From assembly GCF_009914755.1 (NCBI RefSeq), contig NC_060930.1: a stretch of 64,000 nt of DNA. The stretch is one strand, 5' to 3'. The position numbers and the translations under genes were made by a program. Positions 36,107 to 48,600 of the stretch are shown piece by piece. Source of the stretch: the human T2T-CHM13v2.0 reference genome, Homo sapiens. Positions within the stretch are counted from its first letter, which is position 1; each line of letters opens with the position of its first letter. Below the pieces are notes generated by a model. It searched no databases and was not told where the DNA came from. It worked only from the letters and a program-made list of their open reading frames with translations.

Positions 36107-36872
36107 GTTACACAAATGAAGGCCAGCATTTATAGTGCCTATAGAGAAGATCTCTTTGTGTGGAAAGGAGTAATTGCAGGGAGGTAAGTCATTAAGGAAA
36201 CTCACAGAGGAGTGAGTAGAGAAGTCATCTCCCCCTGTGCAGGGCTGGGTGGAAAGGGCCCATGGTCACTTCTGCTGAATATTCCTCCTTTTGGTCAGGG
36301 TAGGCAGAGACATGAAGCTAGAGGTGACTCCTGATTTATAGCTTATCTAATTTTGTTTTTATGGTTGATGCTCTAACAAATCCAGACTCAGGAAGTAAAT
36401 CCTACTCATCACTCAGGACTCTGATCAGCTCCACACATCAAGCCATGATATTATTTTTTGCCATTTCCCCATAAATTAAAAAATGTTACTTTGTATCGAC
36501 ATGTCCTTTGGTATATTTCTATTCTCTGTCTGTATGTTTAGGTGTATTTCAAAATGTCTATTTCAAAGTGAGGATGTAAAACTATTCTTTAGGTAGATGG
36601 TGAGGCTTTCTTGAATGGCTGTGGTCTGTATGCTGCTGTTTTCTCTTGAATAAAAATAGAGCAAAAAATGGGTCATCTTAGTTCAGATTTTGCTTTTGGT
36701 ACATTTCTGAAGTCTCTCTGTGAAAAAAAAATCACCAATTCATAGCTGAAATGGGCCTCACAGATCATGTAATTAAATGGCCTCATTTTACATACGAAGT
36801 GGCCCATAAATGTGAAATGATTTGTTTAAGGGTGCTCAGTAATTACCGGCTGGGACAGAACTAGAGCCCAAG

Positions 36873-37323
36873 TGATACAGTAGAGGGTCAGGGAAGTGCT
36901 GGGTAGAGAAGGGCTGGGTCCCTGGCGAGGGCTCCACCCTCGGGCCTGTGCCCACGGACCCAAGTGAGGACAAACACTCCTGTTTCATGATCCGATTTTT
37001 CCAGTACACTAGGGCAAGAACCCTGGGATACAGAAAGCCCGCTGTCCTTGAAATAAGGCAAAGGGTCTAATTGAGCTGTTTAACACAAGCCACTTGCAGA
37101 CAGCAAAGCCGAAAGAGCACACTGTAACACACACCCACTGGGGCTTCGGGAGCTGGAAACACTCAACCCTAGATGCTGCCATGGGTCGGAGCCCAAAACT
37201 GCCCCCCATGACCTGACCATCCTCATGCTTCCCCTAGGGGTTTGAGCAGTGGAGCACCAAAGAAGTGAGCCACACCACCATTGCACACCTGGTGAGGGGA
37301 ATAAGGGAAAACCTCCCATTTCA
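36873..37323 (+). mobile_element. LTR1-family solo LTR (ERV1), probably internally deleted, inserted in a MIR
   Basis: TG...CA termini; 4-bp TSD caag at 36869-36872 and 37324-37327. Confidence 0.8.
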
Positions 37324-40109
37324 CAAGGTTTGCTTGCTCTGAACTCAGTGCTTTCTGGATCACACTGTGATTGACCTCGGAAGATGGCCCAAGCATCTCT
37401 TTCCAGGCCACCTCTGTTTCTACCTTAGAATATAATTTTCCCTCCCTGTGTAGCAGTGAGAAAGAGAAGAAATTCTTCAAAGCTTAATAGAAACTGATAT
37501 TCCTTCTGCCAGAGACGTTTTTTAACATATATATTTTTTATGATTCTATGCTTGTTTCTGAATTTAAAATCAGCTTATTTAAATAAGGTATACTTGTTAT
37601 TTTTACCTGTAGTCCTTCCATAAATTTTCTTTGCAAGCATATTTTTTTTTGATATGGACATTTCTTTCTTTCTTTTCTCTTCAAAAGATATTACTAACAT
37701 TGCTTATTTTTCTTAGTCTCCTATGGCCTCATCCCAGTGCTTGGTAGCTTTATTTTTTTTAGTGCTCTTTTGTCTCCTGAATAACATTTCAGATAACAGA
37801 GTCAGATTTTCTGTTAGTTTGCCTTGGTTTTTCTTTTTAATGTTGATGCTAATGTTGATGCCAGAAGAATCTCTCTACCTACATATCACACCTGCTTTGT
37901 GACAGTAGGTGAGTTTTTCCATAGGCAGGACATCGCTCTGAGTATACTGTGCATATATGGATCACGAGGTAGGGCAGGGTGTGTCTGCTGATAAGCACTA
38001 GCTGGTAGGAAGCTAGCTGAAACTCCAATCCCACACCTTAAACCTTAAGCTTTTCCAGATGGTTAATTCAGTGCTTTAGAAATGACCCCTCTATCTTGAC
38101 TAGGAGTAAAATGCCCTACTATGCCCTTAGTGTTGGGATAGTGACGAGAGATAAAGGATGAGGATTAGGGTGGGGAATCTGAAGTGCACTGTCATTCTCA
38201 TAAAGACTTTCAGTGAACTCACCCTCACCCCATTTCAGTTCCATCTCTCATCCTGTTTTGCAGCAATAGAGAACTAATATATATTCAAAAGCTTCTATGT
38301 GATCTAGAAATGAATTAAAGAGTTGTGAGTGACAGAGTGAGTAACTGAGATGGAAAAAAACTTCAGGCTAGTTCAGAGTGTAGTTACTAGGTAGGACCCT
38401 AACTACAATCTGTGAAACATGAGATTTGCAGGTGTAGGCCAAGGAATAAGTAGATTTGGGTTGTTGAAAAGTGGAAAAGTTTCCTACTGTTGAAGAGAGG
38501 AAAGTTTCAAATCATTATAAATGGAAACGTAAAGACAAGAGCATGATAAGTTATTACACTGAGGCCTGGGTTAAAAAAAAATTAGATTGAGGTCAAAAAA
38601 ATATTACATGGCCATACTGAAAAGCATAGCCTTAATCTCTGGAGCTGTAAGAAACATAGGGCTCACTTAGTCAGAACCTTTTTTGCACAAAGAGAGCGAT
38701 GAAACATAAAGAGGTTAGTGATGTGAACCTTTAAGTCATATCTTAATCCCACCAAGCCCATTATACTGTAAATGTAGACAGCCTGGAATCATTTTACATC
38801 TCTGCTCTGGTCTTCCTCATTACACATTTGATTCATTTCCAAGGACGAAAGTGTAAATGTGCTTTCAGGATGCTGACTGTTCAATAATTTATGTAAGGCT
38901 GTAAACACATTTCAGCACACTTAGGAAACAGATTTTTCTTTTTTTTTTTTTTTATAGCGCAGTCTCTAAACAATTTCTGGTCAATTCAAATCCCTTGTGA
39001 TCAGTGGTGTTGTCATTTCCATCTTTTATAACATTCAGAAAATCTATCCTAAAATGTACTTCTTACCATGTCATCATGTCTAAGAATTATCTTTCCACCA
39101 TTTTTGTCCATATTGCAAATTTTGCCAAAACGATTTCCTTTTGCCAGCCAGAGATCTTAATATCATCATTTCTCTTATAAAATATTAGGTCATTCACCAG
39201 TACTAATGTCATCTATCTCCTCTTTGTCATGTTTACGCATCTCTTATATACACAGCTCTTTGATATCTTAAATCCTTCCTGCCACAATTTCCTTATTTTA
39301 ACTATGTCTCTGTAATACCTGGGATATGGCACAGTTTTTCTTTTAGAGAGATACCTCACACAAATCAATCTTAATGTATACTTCTAGCAATGGTTAATGT
39401 AATAGACATTTCATTTCAGAGTTTCCTTTTTTCCTCTTAACTCAGCTTGACTTTTCTTTTTTGCATTTGCCTGTAGATACACTCCTGGTATCTAGTTTCT
39501 ATTGTTTTTTTGTATTTCTCCTTTTTTATGCCATTAATATAATAAAGTTAATATAATTATTCCCTAGATTAATCACAGGATTTTAAGGCTGGGGAACCAT
39601 AAAGGTAACACATCAGAAGCTTTCATTTCCTTCATAATATCTATCAAATATTTATACCAACTGTGTTTAAACAGTCATCTCCCAAGTTTGTTTCTGAGAT
39701 AGGGAGATATCTCATGCAACTTAATTTTTAGAAGATTTTTCCTCACATTGGGCCAAATCTGGTACCAAATTTCCTGCTTGCTTTTTCCTCCTTTGCTTTC
39801 CTCAATATTTAACAACTGATGATGCTATTTACATGTTTCCTTTTTCTTTCCATTCATGTAAAGGGCTCCTTTATCATTAAAAAAATTCATCTCTTTTAGT
39901 GGGTATGGTTTTAAATTTGCACATTAAACATTATAACACGTTATTTTTCTAACTAATTAGAGATATTATAAAACCAACATCATTTAAGACATACACCATT
40001 TAAGTCTTCTATTTCTTAAAAAAAAGTGATGGTACGGTAAGAATGAACTAAGGTTTGTGACAGAAGGACAGAAGAGCTCACAGAAATTGTTTATTTCCTA
40101 GACACTGTG

Positions 40110-40831
40110 CAGCAGTCCCCTTATCCTTGGGGGACATGTTTCAAGGTTCCCAGTGGATACCTGAAACCAAGAATAGAACCAAACTTGATTATAGTCAACT
40201 GAAACATGTTTCTGTTTGTGTCTCCCACCCATAGATTTAGTGCCTTTTCCTTCTTAACTAAGCACTTAGCATACACTGTGGCCATAGCTTTTCTGTTTCA
40301 GTTGAGCTGCAACAGCAAAACTAGCACAAAAGTCTTATTCCGTCTTCACAATTTCACAGATAGAAGGTTTGTCCTTACCATAGATCTTAGCAACCTTAGA
40401 AGACATTTTTTTTCTTGTTAAGTCAAGAACTTTCACCTTTTAACTTAAAGGAAGCACTTTATGGCTTGTTTGTAGCATATCCGAATTGCCGGCATCACTC
40501 CTCTGGATCTTTGGGGCCATCGTTAAGTAAAATCATGGTTCCTTGAACACAAACACTTGATACCTTGGCAGTTGATCTGATAACCGAGTCAGATACTATG
40601 TGATAAGAGGCAAGGAGAATCTACCACATGGATGCACTGGACCAAGGGATGATCCACCTCCTGGGGGAATGGAGCAGGATGGAGTGAGATTTTGTCACAC
40701 TACTCAGAACGGCATGCAATTTCAACTCATGAATTATTTCTGGAATTTTCCATTTAGTATTTTCAAATGGTGGTTGACTGCAGGTAACTGAAGTTGCACA
40801 AAGTGAAACCACAGATAAGGGGAGACTACAG
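40110..40831. mobile_element. MER44 (Tigger7-derived) DNA transposon
   Basis: TIRs cagcagtccccttatc ... gataaggggagactacag followed by TA. Confidence 0.85.
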
Positions 40832-41323
40832 TATTCGTTTTTATTGCTGACATAACAAATTACCACATCTTGTTGCTTTAGTAGTGATTTAAGCAACAAA
40901 AGTGTATTATCTTACAGTTCTGTAGGTCAGAAAGCCATGATTGGTCTCACTGGACTAAAATCAAGGTGTAGGCAGGGTTGTGTCCTTTCCATAGGCCCGG
41001 GGTGGGAGCTGTTTCCTTGCCCTTTCCGGCTTCTGGAGTCTGCCTCCATTCCTCGACTGGTGTCCTTTTTTCCCTCCATCTTCAAAGCAGTGCGGCATGT
41101 GAAGCCCTTCTCACGTGGCATTGCTCTGACCTCCCTTGTTCCTCCCTTCAACATGTTTAAGGACTTTTGTGATTAGAGTTCCCCACGTGGATAATTCCAG
41201 GCTGATCTCCCTATCTCAGCTTAATCACACCTGCAAAGTCCCTTTTGCCAAGTAACCTAACATATTCACAGATCTGGGGATTAGGACATGGATATCTTTG
41301 GGGCCATTCTTCTGCTTATTACA
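40832..41323 (-). mobile_element. MLT1D-like LTR
   Basis: ataacaaattaccaca..aatcaaggtgtaggcaggg..ggattaggacatggatatcttt. Confidence 0.85.
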
Positions 41324-41609
41324 GACATTATATCTGCAAGTTTGGGGGTTGCCACCCATAGACTTACAATGTCTCATGCTGCTTGTTGAACCAGTAGCTA
41401 CTGTATGCTTACTGTTTAAAAATGATTATGTTAAATATTTTGAGAGCTGTAAAGAGAAATTGAGATTATGTTATGTAAGCCATCTCCATCCGATACAAAT
41501 CTGGTACACTTTCTCCAGTGTCCTCAATAATGCTGTAATAATAATGTCTTCTCTGTCTCTCTCCTGCACTGGTTGGCCCTCCATTTTTGAACTTGGGTGA
41601 AGCACTACA

Positions 41610-42050
41610 TTGTAGTGAATGAGATCTGTTGGTCACCAGGGAGCTGAATAGGATCTGAGCACTCACAGATGGGGCTGATTCATGCAACCTCAAAGTTCAG
41701 GGGAGTTAGTCTCCAATGGGGTAAACCTTGCTCAAAGGGAAGAGCGAGATGGCAGTGGGCTATTAGTTCCCCTTCTTTTGTCTGCAATGTGGACTACTGT
41801 AAGGTGTACTTCCTCCTTACAACATTCTGGAGAAGTTCTGCTGTGGAGTGAACACACCTGCTGAGCAACTTCTGTATTTCTCCATGGCTAGTTGTGAAGC
41901 AATAGCTAACGTAGCAACACTTTGCATTACATTTTCCTTTGCTTCCCTTTCCTTTATCCTTACGTCCCTGGGCTCGCACTTCCCAAATATGTTTTTAGCA
42001 ATTTAATCTTTGCCTTAAGCTTTGTTTTCTAGAAGACCAGGGCTAAGACA
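41610..42050 (+). mobile_element. ERVL LTR (LTR50/LTR16-like)
   Basis: Ends ttttctagaagaccagggctaagaca. Confidence 0.6.
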
Positions 42051-44319
42051 CCATTTAATCAGGCCTTCTCCAAATAACAGGAAATGAATGAAACAAATGT
42101 TTCTAAACTCATAAATGCTTTTGCTATTAAAAAACCCTGAAAATATTGGTGATAATTAGTGTTAAACATAAACTATAAGAGATAGAGACACACAATGAGG
42201 AAAAATTTTTAAAGAAACACTATAAGCTTACCTTCTTTTTCACGGTTTTTGTGCTGCTCTTGTGTTAAGCTTCATCTGTTAAAGATGGGAGATTGCTCTG
42301 TGGAAAGTGAGGAAACTACGGGTCAGGGAGAATTAACCAGTGTACGATACACCAAAATTTGGACATTTTGCTTAGTATTAAATAAACAGCTTTCATAAGG
42401 GCTTCCTTACATAGCCTGCCCCAGTATCTAGTACATATATATGCCTCATTTTACTAGTTGGCCATCAGCTCATATTTAGAGTCTCCTTCCAACCAAGTTG
42501 TAAGGGCTTGTGAGCAGGTTCTTTTTTAACCTTTCTGATTTTCCCACAGGGTCCAGCAGAGAGAGTGCCTTTTATACAGTAAGCACTTGATAATGGTTTA
42601 CTTATTGTTGGAAATGGCTGGCAATGATTACATACAGTAAATACTAAATCTAACTGAGAAATCTTTAGTATTTTTCCTGTTTCTTCACAGTCACCAGAGA
42701 ATGAAGTCAACTCTACAAAGATAGTCTCTGCACCTGATGTAGGCATATTCCTATTTAGTTCTGTAGGTCCCCTGGACAAGACCACATGCGGGATCATTGC
42801 ATATAACTCCATATCCAGATGAATATTCTGGTGCGTGTTTAGGAGTACCTGCACTTAGTGGAGAGCAAGAGCAGAAGAGCCATGTGGGTTGCCTGAGGGA
42901 CGGTGGATATCCTTTGTCCTGTCTTACATTATACAAATCCTTCCCGAGGACTTACTCCTTTAGTTTTACAAAAATCGGCCCCCTTGTGCAAAGAACCAAG
43001 GAGGATATGTATTTGCCATTTTTATTTCTCAGAAAAAGCAATTCAAATTATATTAATCTCAGGTGATATTTACCTTGGTTAAAGTATGCATTTTAATGCA
43101 GACAATTTTCTTCTAGTCAAAGTGGGATTGATAGATAGTTTTAAAAATAGTCGGATCAGCCTATGGAGCACATCAAGCTATAAAAATAGAAGCCAGGTCT
43201 ATGCTTGACAGATTCCAAAGAGAGTCTTTGGTATGATTAGCTAATATGATACTGCAGGTCTCTTAAATATTAATGAACCACTGATGCCAATTTGAGAAAC
43301 TGCACAAAGAACATGGGAGCCTTTTAATATTATCACCCAGGCAGAAGCAAGATTTACATTTGGTATTTTTGCAACAATTAGATAAATAATTATGAATAAA
43401 CATATGTTAACATACATCTATTTTACAGTATATAGCGTTGTATGTATGCCGCAAGAAGAAAGATAGCTGATCGTTACAAATCAAGTTACTTTCCCTGAAC
43501 TTGCTCCTTGGTCAATAGATGGGAAATGCATCTATCTATACTATGAGGCATCCACCAACTTTTATGGATCAAGTGACCAGTGGTGAAACCCTTCACTCTC
43601 TGCACTGAACTAGAAATATCCCCATAAACCGTGTGGCAGTATAATTAATTCAGATTATAATGTGTATTCATTGTTGATGAAGAGTCAGAAATAATGAGAT
43701 TTATGTATGATTTATGTTCCTTTCGTTTCTCCTTCACTACCACCTTCATACCTACATCAGAGTTGTTTGTACGCCTACATGAGAAGTTTAAAGACATCTT
43801 GTCATTGATTTTGAAGAAGTCAAAATTATTTGAGTTTCTGCTAGGAGTCCCTGAGGAGGGATGGAGAGGAGCAAGGCCCACAATGTAGGTCAGGTGCTTT
43901 CTAAGCAGCTCTACTATATGCTCCATCATAACATCATTCTGTATTATAATGTCATATTTATTTGTCTCAGTTTACCATTGGACTAAAAATGCTCTATTAT
44001 TGAATAAATGAATAAATATTGATAGAGATTCTTCCTGCAAGAATTTTTAGATTCTAAAACTTGTTTGTCTTTGTTATGATAACATACAAAAAGGAAAATT
44101 ACATAAGCCTTTGTTGCCAATGTTCAGAAGTGGTAGGTAGACATATTGAGAACTTTCAGGAAAAAGGAAATAGTATTCATCTAAAAATATTTACATGGTA
44201 GCACTGCGAGTGAGTTCCTGTAGAAAATAAAAGCTTAAAATTTAGTTGGGTACTTACTTTGGTTCATGTGCCCTGCTATACAGCATTTGACTGGCTCTGA
44301 ACACATTGGAATACTCCCA

Positions 44320-45500
44320 TGGACAAATAGGATCATGTCAAGTTAAAAAGCTTCTGCACAGCGAGGGGAACAATCAACAAAATGAAGCGACACCCACAGA
44401 ATAGGAGAACATATTTGCAAACTATCCATCTGACAAGGGATGAATAACCAGAATATATAAGGATCTCAAACAAGTCTATAGGAAAACATCTAACAATTCA
44501 ATTAAAAACTGGGCAAAAGATCTGAGTAGACATTTCTCAAAAGACGACATACAAATAGCAAACAGGTATACAAAAGGTGCTTAACACCATTGATCATAAG
44601 AGAAATGCAAATCAAAACTACAGTGAGATATCATCTCACCCCAGTCAAAATGGCTTTTATCCAAAAGAGGCTATGACGAATGTTGGTGAGAATGTGGAGA
44701 AAAGGGAATCCTGGTACGCTGTTGGTGGGAATGTAAATTAGTACAACCATGATGAAGACCAGTTTGGAGGTTCCTCAAAAAACTAAAACTAGAGCTACCA
44801 TATGATCCAGCAATTCCACTGCTGGGTGTACACCCAAAAGAAAGGAAGTCAGTATATCAGAGATATCTGCACTCCCATGTTTATTGCAGAACTATTCACA
44901 ATAGCCAAGATTTGAAAGCAACCTAAGTATCCATGAATGGATAGATGGACGGATACATAGATATAGAAAAAGTGGTATGTATACACAACACAGTACTATT
45001 CAGCCATTAAAAAAAAAGAATGTGATCCTGTCGTTTGCAGCAACATGGATGAACTGGAGGTCATTAAGTGAAATAAAACAGGCACAGAAACACAAATTTC
45101 TCACGTTCTTACTTATCTGTGGGACCTAAAAATTAAAACAATTAACTCATGGAGAAAGAGAGTAGAAGGATAGTTACCAGAAGCTGGGAAAGGTAGTAGG
45201 GGTGGGATACAGGGAAAAATGGGGATGGTAAAGGGTACAAAAATAGTTAGAAAAAATGAATAAGATTTAATATTTGATAACACAACAGGAGAACTATAGT
45301 TAAAGATAATTTGATTGTACATTAAAAATAACTAAGTATAATTCGATTGTTTGTAACATAAATAATAAATGCCTGAGGTGATACATATGCCATTTGCCCT
45401 GATGTGATTATGACACGTTTCATGCCTGTATCAAAATATCTCATGTAACCCATAAATATATACAACTACTATGTATTCACAAAAATTAAAAATTCAAAAA
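44320..45500 (+). mobile_element. 5'-truncated L1MA
   Basis: ORF2 C-terminus and 3' UTR; TSD gaatact(c/t)cca at 44309-44319 and 45501-45511. Confidence 0.92.
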
Positions 45501-45699
45501 GAATACTTCCAATATTTTACTTACTTTTTTCCTGGTTATAAATATAACATTTGCCAGTTGAAAGAAAGTTACAATATATGAAAACATATCAAAAAGATCA
45601 TCATAATCTCACCATGAGATAATTATGTTTATTTTCTGTTCCTTTAGATTTTTTTCAGTGTTATGTGTGAGCATATGTGTGCATTTTTTAATTGGTGAT

Positions 45700-48600
45700 T
45701 TTTAAAATTTCAATCTTTTTGGGGTAAGGTGGGTTTTTGGTTACATAGATGAGTTCTTTTGTGGTGATTTCTGACATTTTAGTGCATCTGTCACCTGAGC
45801 AGTGTACACTGTACCCAATAGGTACTCTTTTATTCCTCACCCTCTCCCAACTGTCCCCTCAGAGTCCCCAAAGTCCATTAAATCATTCTTATGCCTTTGT
45901 GTCCTCATAGCTTAGTTCCCACTTGTAAGTGAGAACATATAATATTTGGGTTTCCATTCCTGAGTTACTTCATTTAGAATAATGGCCTGCAGCTTCATCC
46001 AAGTTGCTGTAAAAGACATTATTTCATTCCTTTTTATGGCTGAGTAGTATTCCATGGTGTATAAATACCACACTTTCTTTATCCACTCGTTGGTTGATGA
46101 GCACTTAGGTTGGTTCCACATCTTTGCAATTGCGAATTGTGCTGCTATAAACATGCATGTGCATGTGTCTTTTTCATATAACGATTTCTTTTCCTTTGGG
46201 TAGATACCCAGTAGTGGGATTGCTGGATCAAATGGTAGTTCTACTTTTAGTTCTTTAAGGAATTTCCCTACTGTTTTCCATAGTGTTTGTACTAATTTAC
46301 ACTTCCACCAGCAATGTAAAACTGTTCCCTTTTTACCACATCTATGCCAACATCTATTGTTTTTTGACTTTTTATTTGTGGCCATTCTTGCAGGAGTAAG
46401 GTGGTATCTCATTGTTGTTTTAATTTACATGTCCTTGATGATTAGTGATGTTGAGCATTTTTTCATGTGTTTGTTGGCTATTTGTGTATCTTCTTTGGAG
46501 AAATTTCTACTCATGTCCCTTGCTCACTTTTTGATGGGGTTGTTTTTTTCTGATGCTGATTTGTTTGAGTTCCTTGTAGATTCTGGACATTAGTCCTTTG
46601 TTGAATGCATAGCTTGGGAATATTTTCTCCCACTCTGTGGGTTGTCTGTTTACTCTGCTGATTATTGTTATTTACTGTGCAGAGGTTTTTTTTTAGTTTA
46701 ATTAGATCCAATTAATTTTTATTTTTGTTGCATTTGCTTTTGGGGTCTCAGTAGTGAATTCATTGCCTAAGCCAATGTCCAGAAGAGTTTTTCTGATGTT
46801 AGCTTCTAAGATTTTTATGATTTCAGGTCTTAGATTTAAGTCTTTGATCCATCTTGAGTTAATTTTTTGTATGATGTCAGGGATGCGGATCCAGTTTTAT
46901 TCTCTTATAGGTGGCTTGCCAGTTTTCCCAGCACCATTTATTGAATAGGGTGCCCTTTTCCCGCTTTATCTTCTGTACGCTTTGTTGAAATCAGTTGGCT
47001 ATAAGTATTTGCTTTATTTCCGAGTTCTCTATTCTGTTCCATTGTCCTGTGTGCCTATTTTTATACCAGCACCATGCCATACTATATGGTATTAGTACTA
47101 CAGCTTTGTAGTGTAATCGAAGTCAGGTAATATGATGGTACTCACTGCCTGATTTTATAGTACTAGGTAACTATAGTCTTGTAGTATAATTTGAAGTTGG
47201 GTAACTTGAGAAGATACTTGATATAATTTCAATTTTCTTAAATTTATTGAGGCTTGTTTTGTGGCTTATCATATGGTCTATCCTGGAGAATATAGTACTA
47301 GGTAACAATAGCCTTGTAGTATAATTTGAAGTTGGGTAATGTGATGCTTCCAGATTTGTTCTTTTTGCTTAGTATTGTTTGGCTATGTGGGCTCTTTTTT
47401 GATTCCGTATGAATTTTAGGATTTTTTTTCTAGTTCTGTAAGAATAATGGTAGTATTTTGATGAGAATTGCATTAAATCTATAGATTGCTTTGACAGTAT
47501 GGTCATTTTTACAATATTGATTCTTCTCATCCATAAGCATGGAATGCGTTTCCATTTGTTTGTGTCATCTGTGATTTATGTCAGGAGGGTTTTGTAGATT
47601 TCCTAGTAGAGAGCCTTCATCTCCTTGGTTAAGTATATTTGTAAATATTTTATTTTATTTTTTGCAGTTGTTGTAAGAGGGATTTAGTTCTTGATTTGAT
47701 TCTCAGCTTCATCATTGTTGGCATATAGCAGTACTATGGATTTGTGTACATTGATTTTGTATCCTGAAACTACTAAATTCATTTATCAGATCTAGGAGCT
47801 TTTTGGATGAGTCTTCAGAGTTTTCTAGGTATACAATCATATCGTCAGTGAACAGTAAGATTTTGACTTCCTCTTTTCCAATTTGGTAGCCCTTTATTTC
47901 TTTCTCTTGTCTGAGAACAGTAAGATTTTGACTTCCTCTTTTCCAATTTGGAAGCCCTTTATTTCTTTCTCTTGTCTGATTGCTCTGGCTAGGACATCCA
48001 GTACTATGTTGAATAGAAGTGGTGAACGTGGGCATCCTTTTCTTGTTCCAGTTCTCAGAAGAAATGCTTTCAACTTTTCCCCATTCAGTATGATGTTGGC
48101 TGTGGGTTTGTCATATATGACTTTTATTACTTTGAGGTAAATCCTTCTACCCTTATTTTGTTGAGGGTTTTTATTATAAAGGGATGCTGGATTTCGTCAA
48201 ATGCTTTCTCTGTGTCTATTGAGATGATCATATGGTTTTTGTTTTTAATTCTGTTTATGCGATGTAGTTGACTTACATATGTTAAAGCATCCCTGCATCC
48301 CTAGGATGAAACTCACTTGATCATGATGTATTATCTTTTTGATATGCTGTTGGATTTGGTTAGCTCGTATTTTGTTGAGGATTTTTGCATCTATGTTCAT
48401 CAGGGATATTGGAATGTAGTTTGTTTTTTCATTATGTCCTTTCCTGGTTTTTATTAGGGTGTTACTGGTTTCATAGAATGATTCAGGGAGGACTCCTTTT
48501 TATCTTTTGGAATAGTTTCCATAGGATTGGTACCAATTCTTCTTTGAATGTGTGGTAGAATTCAGCTGTGCATCCATCTGGTTGTGGACATTTTTTTGGT

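Noticed and set aside
38960-39300. Possible CR1/L3 endonuclease remnant (LITRDLN*PEI, minus strand)
   Set aside because: Single degenerate motif; cannot support a call.
42751-42848. Alternative frame YSSGYGVICNDPACG resembling a DNA polymerase alpha zinc finger
   Set aside because: Short, interrupted by stops, no flanking homology; likely chance.
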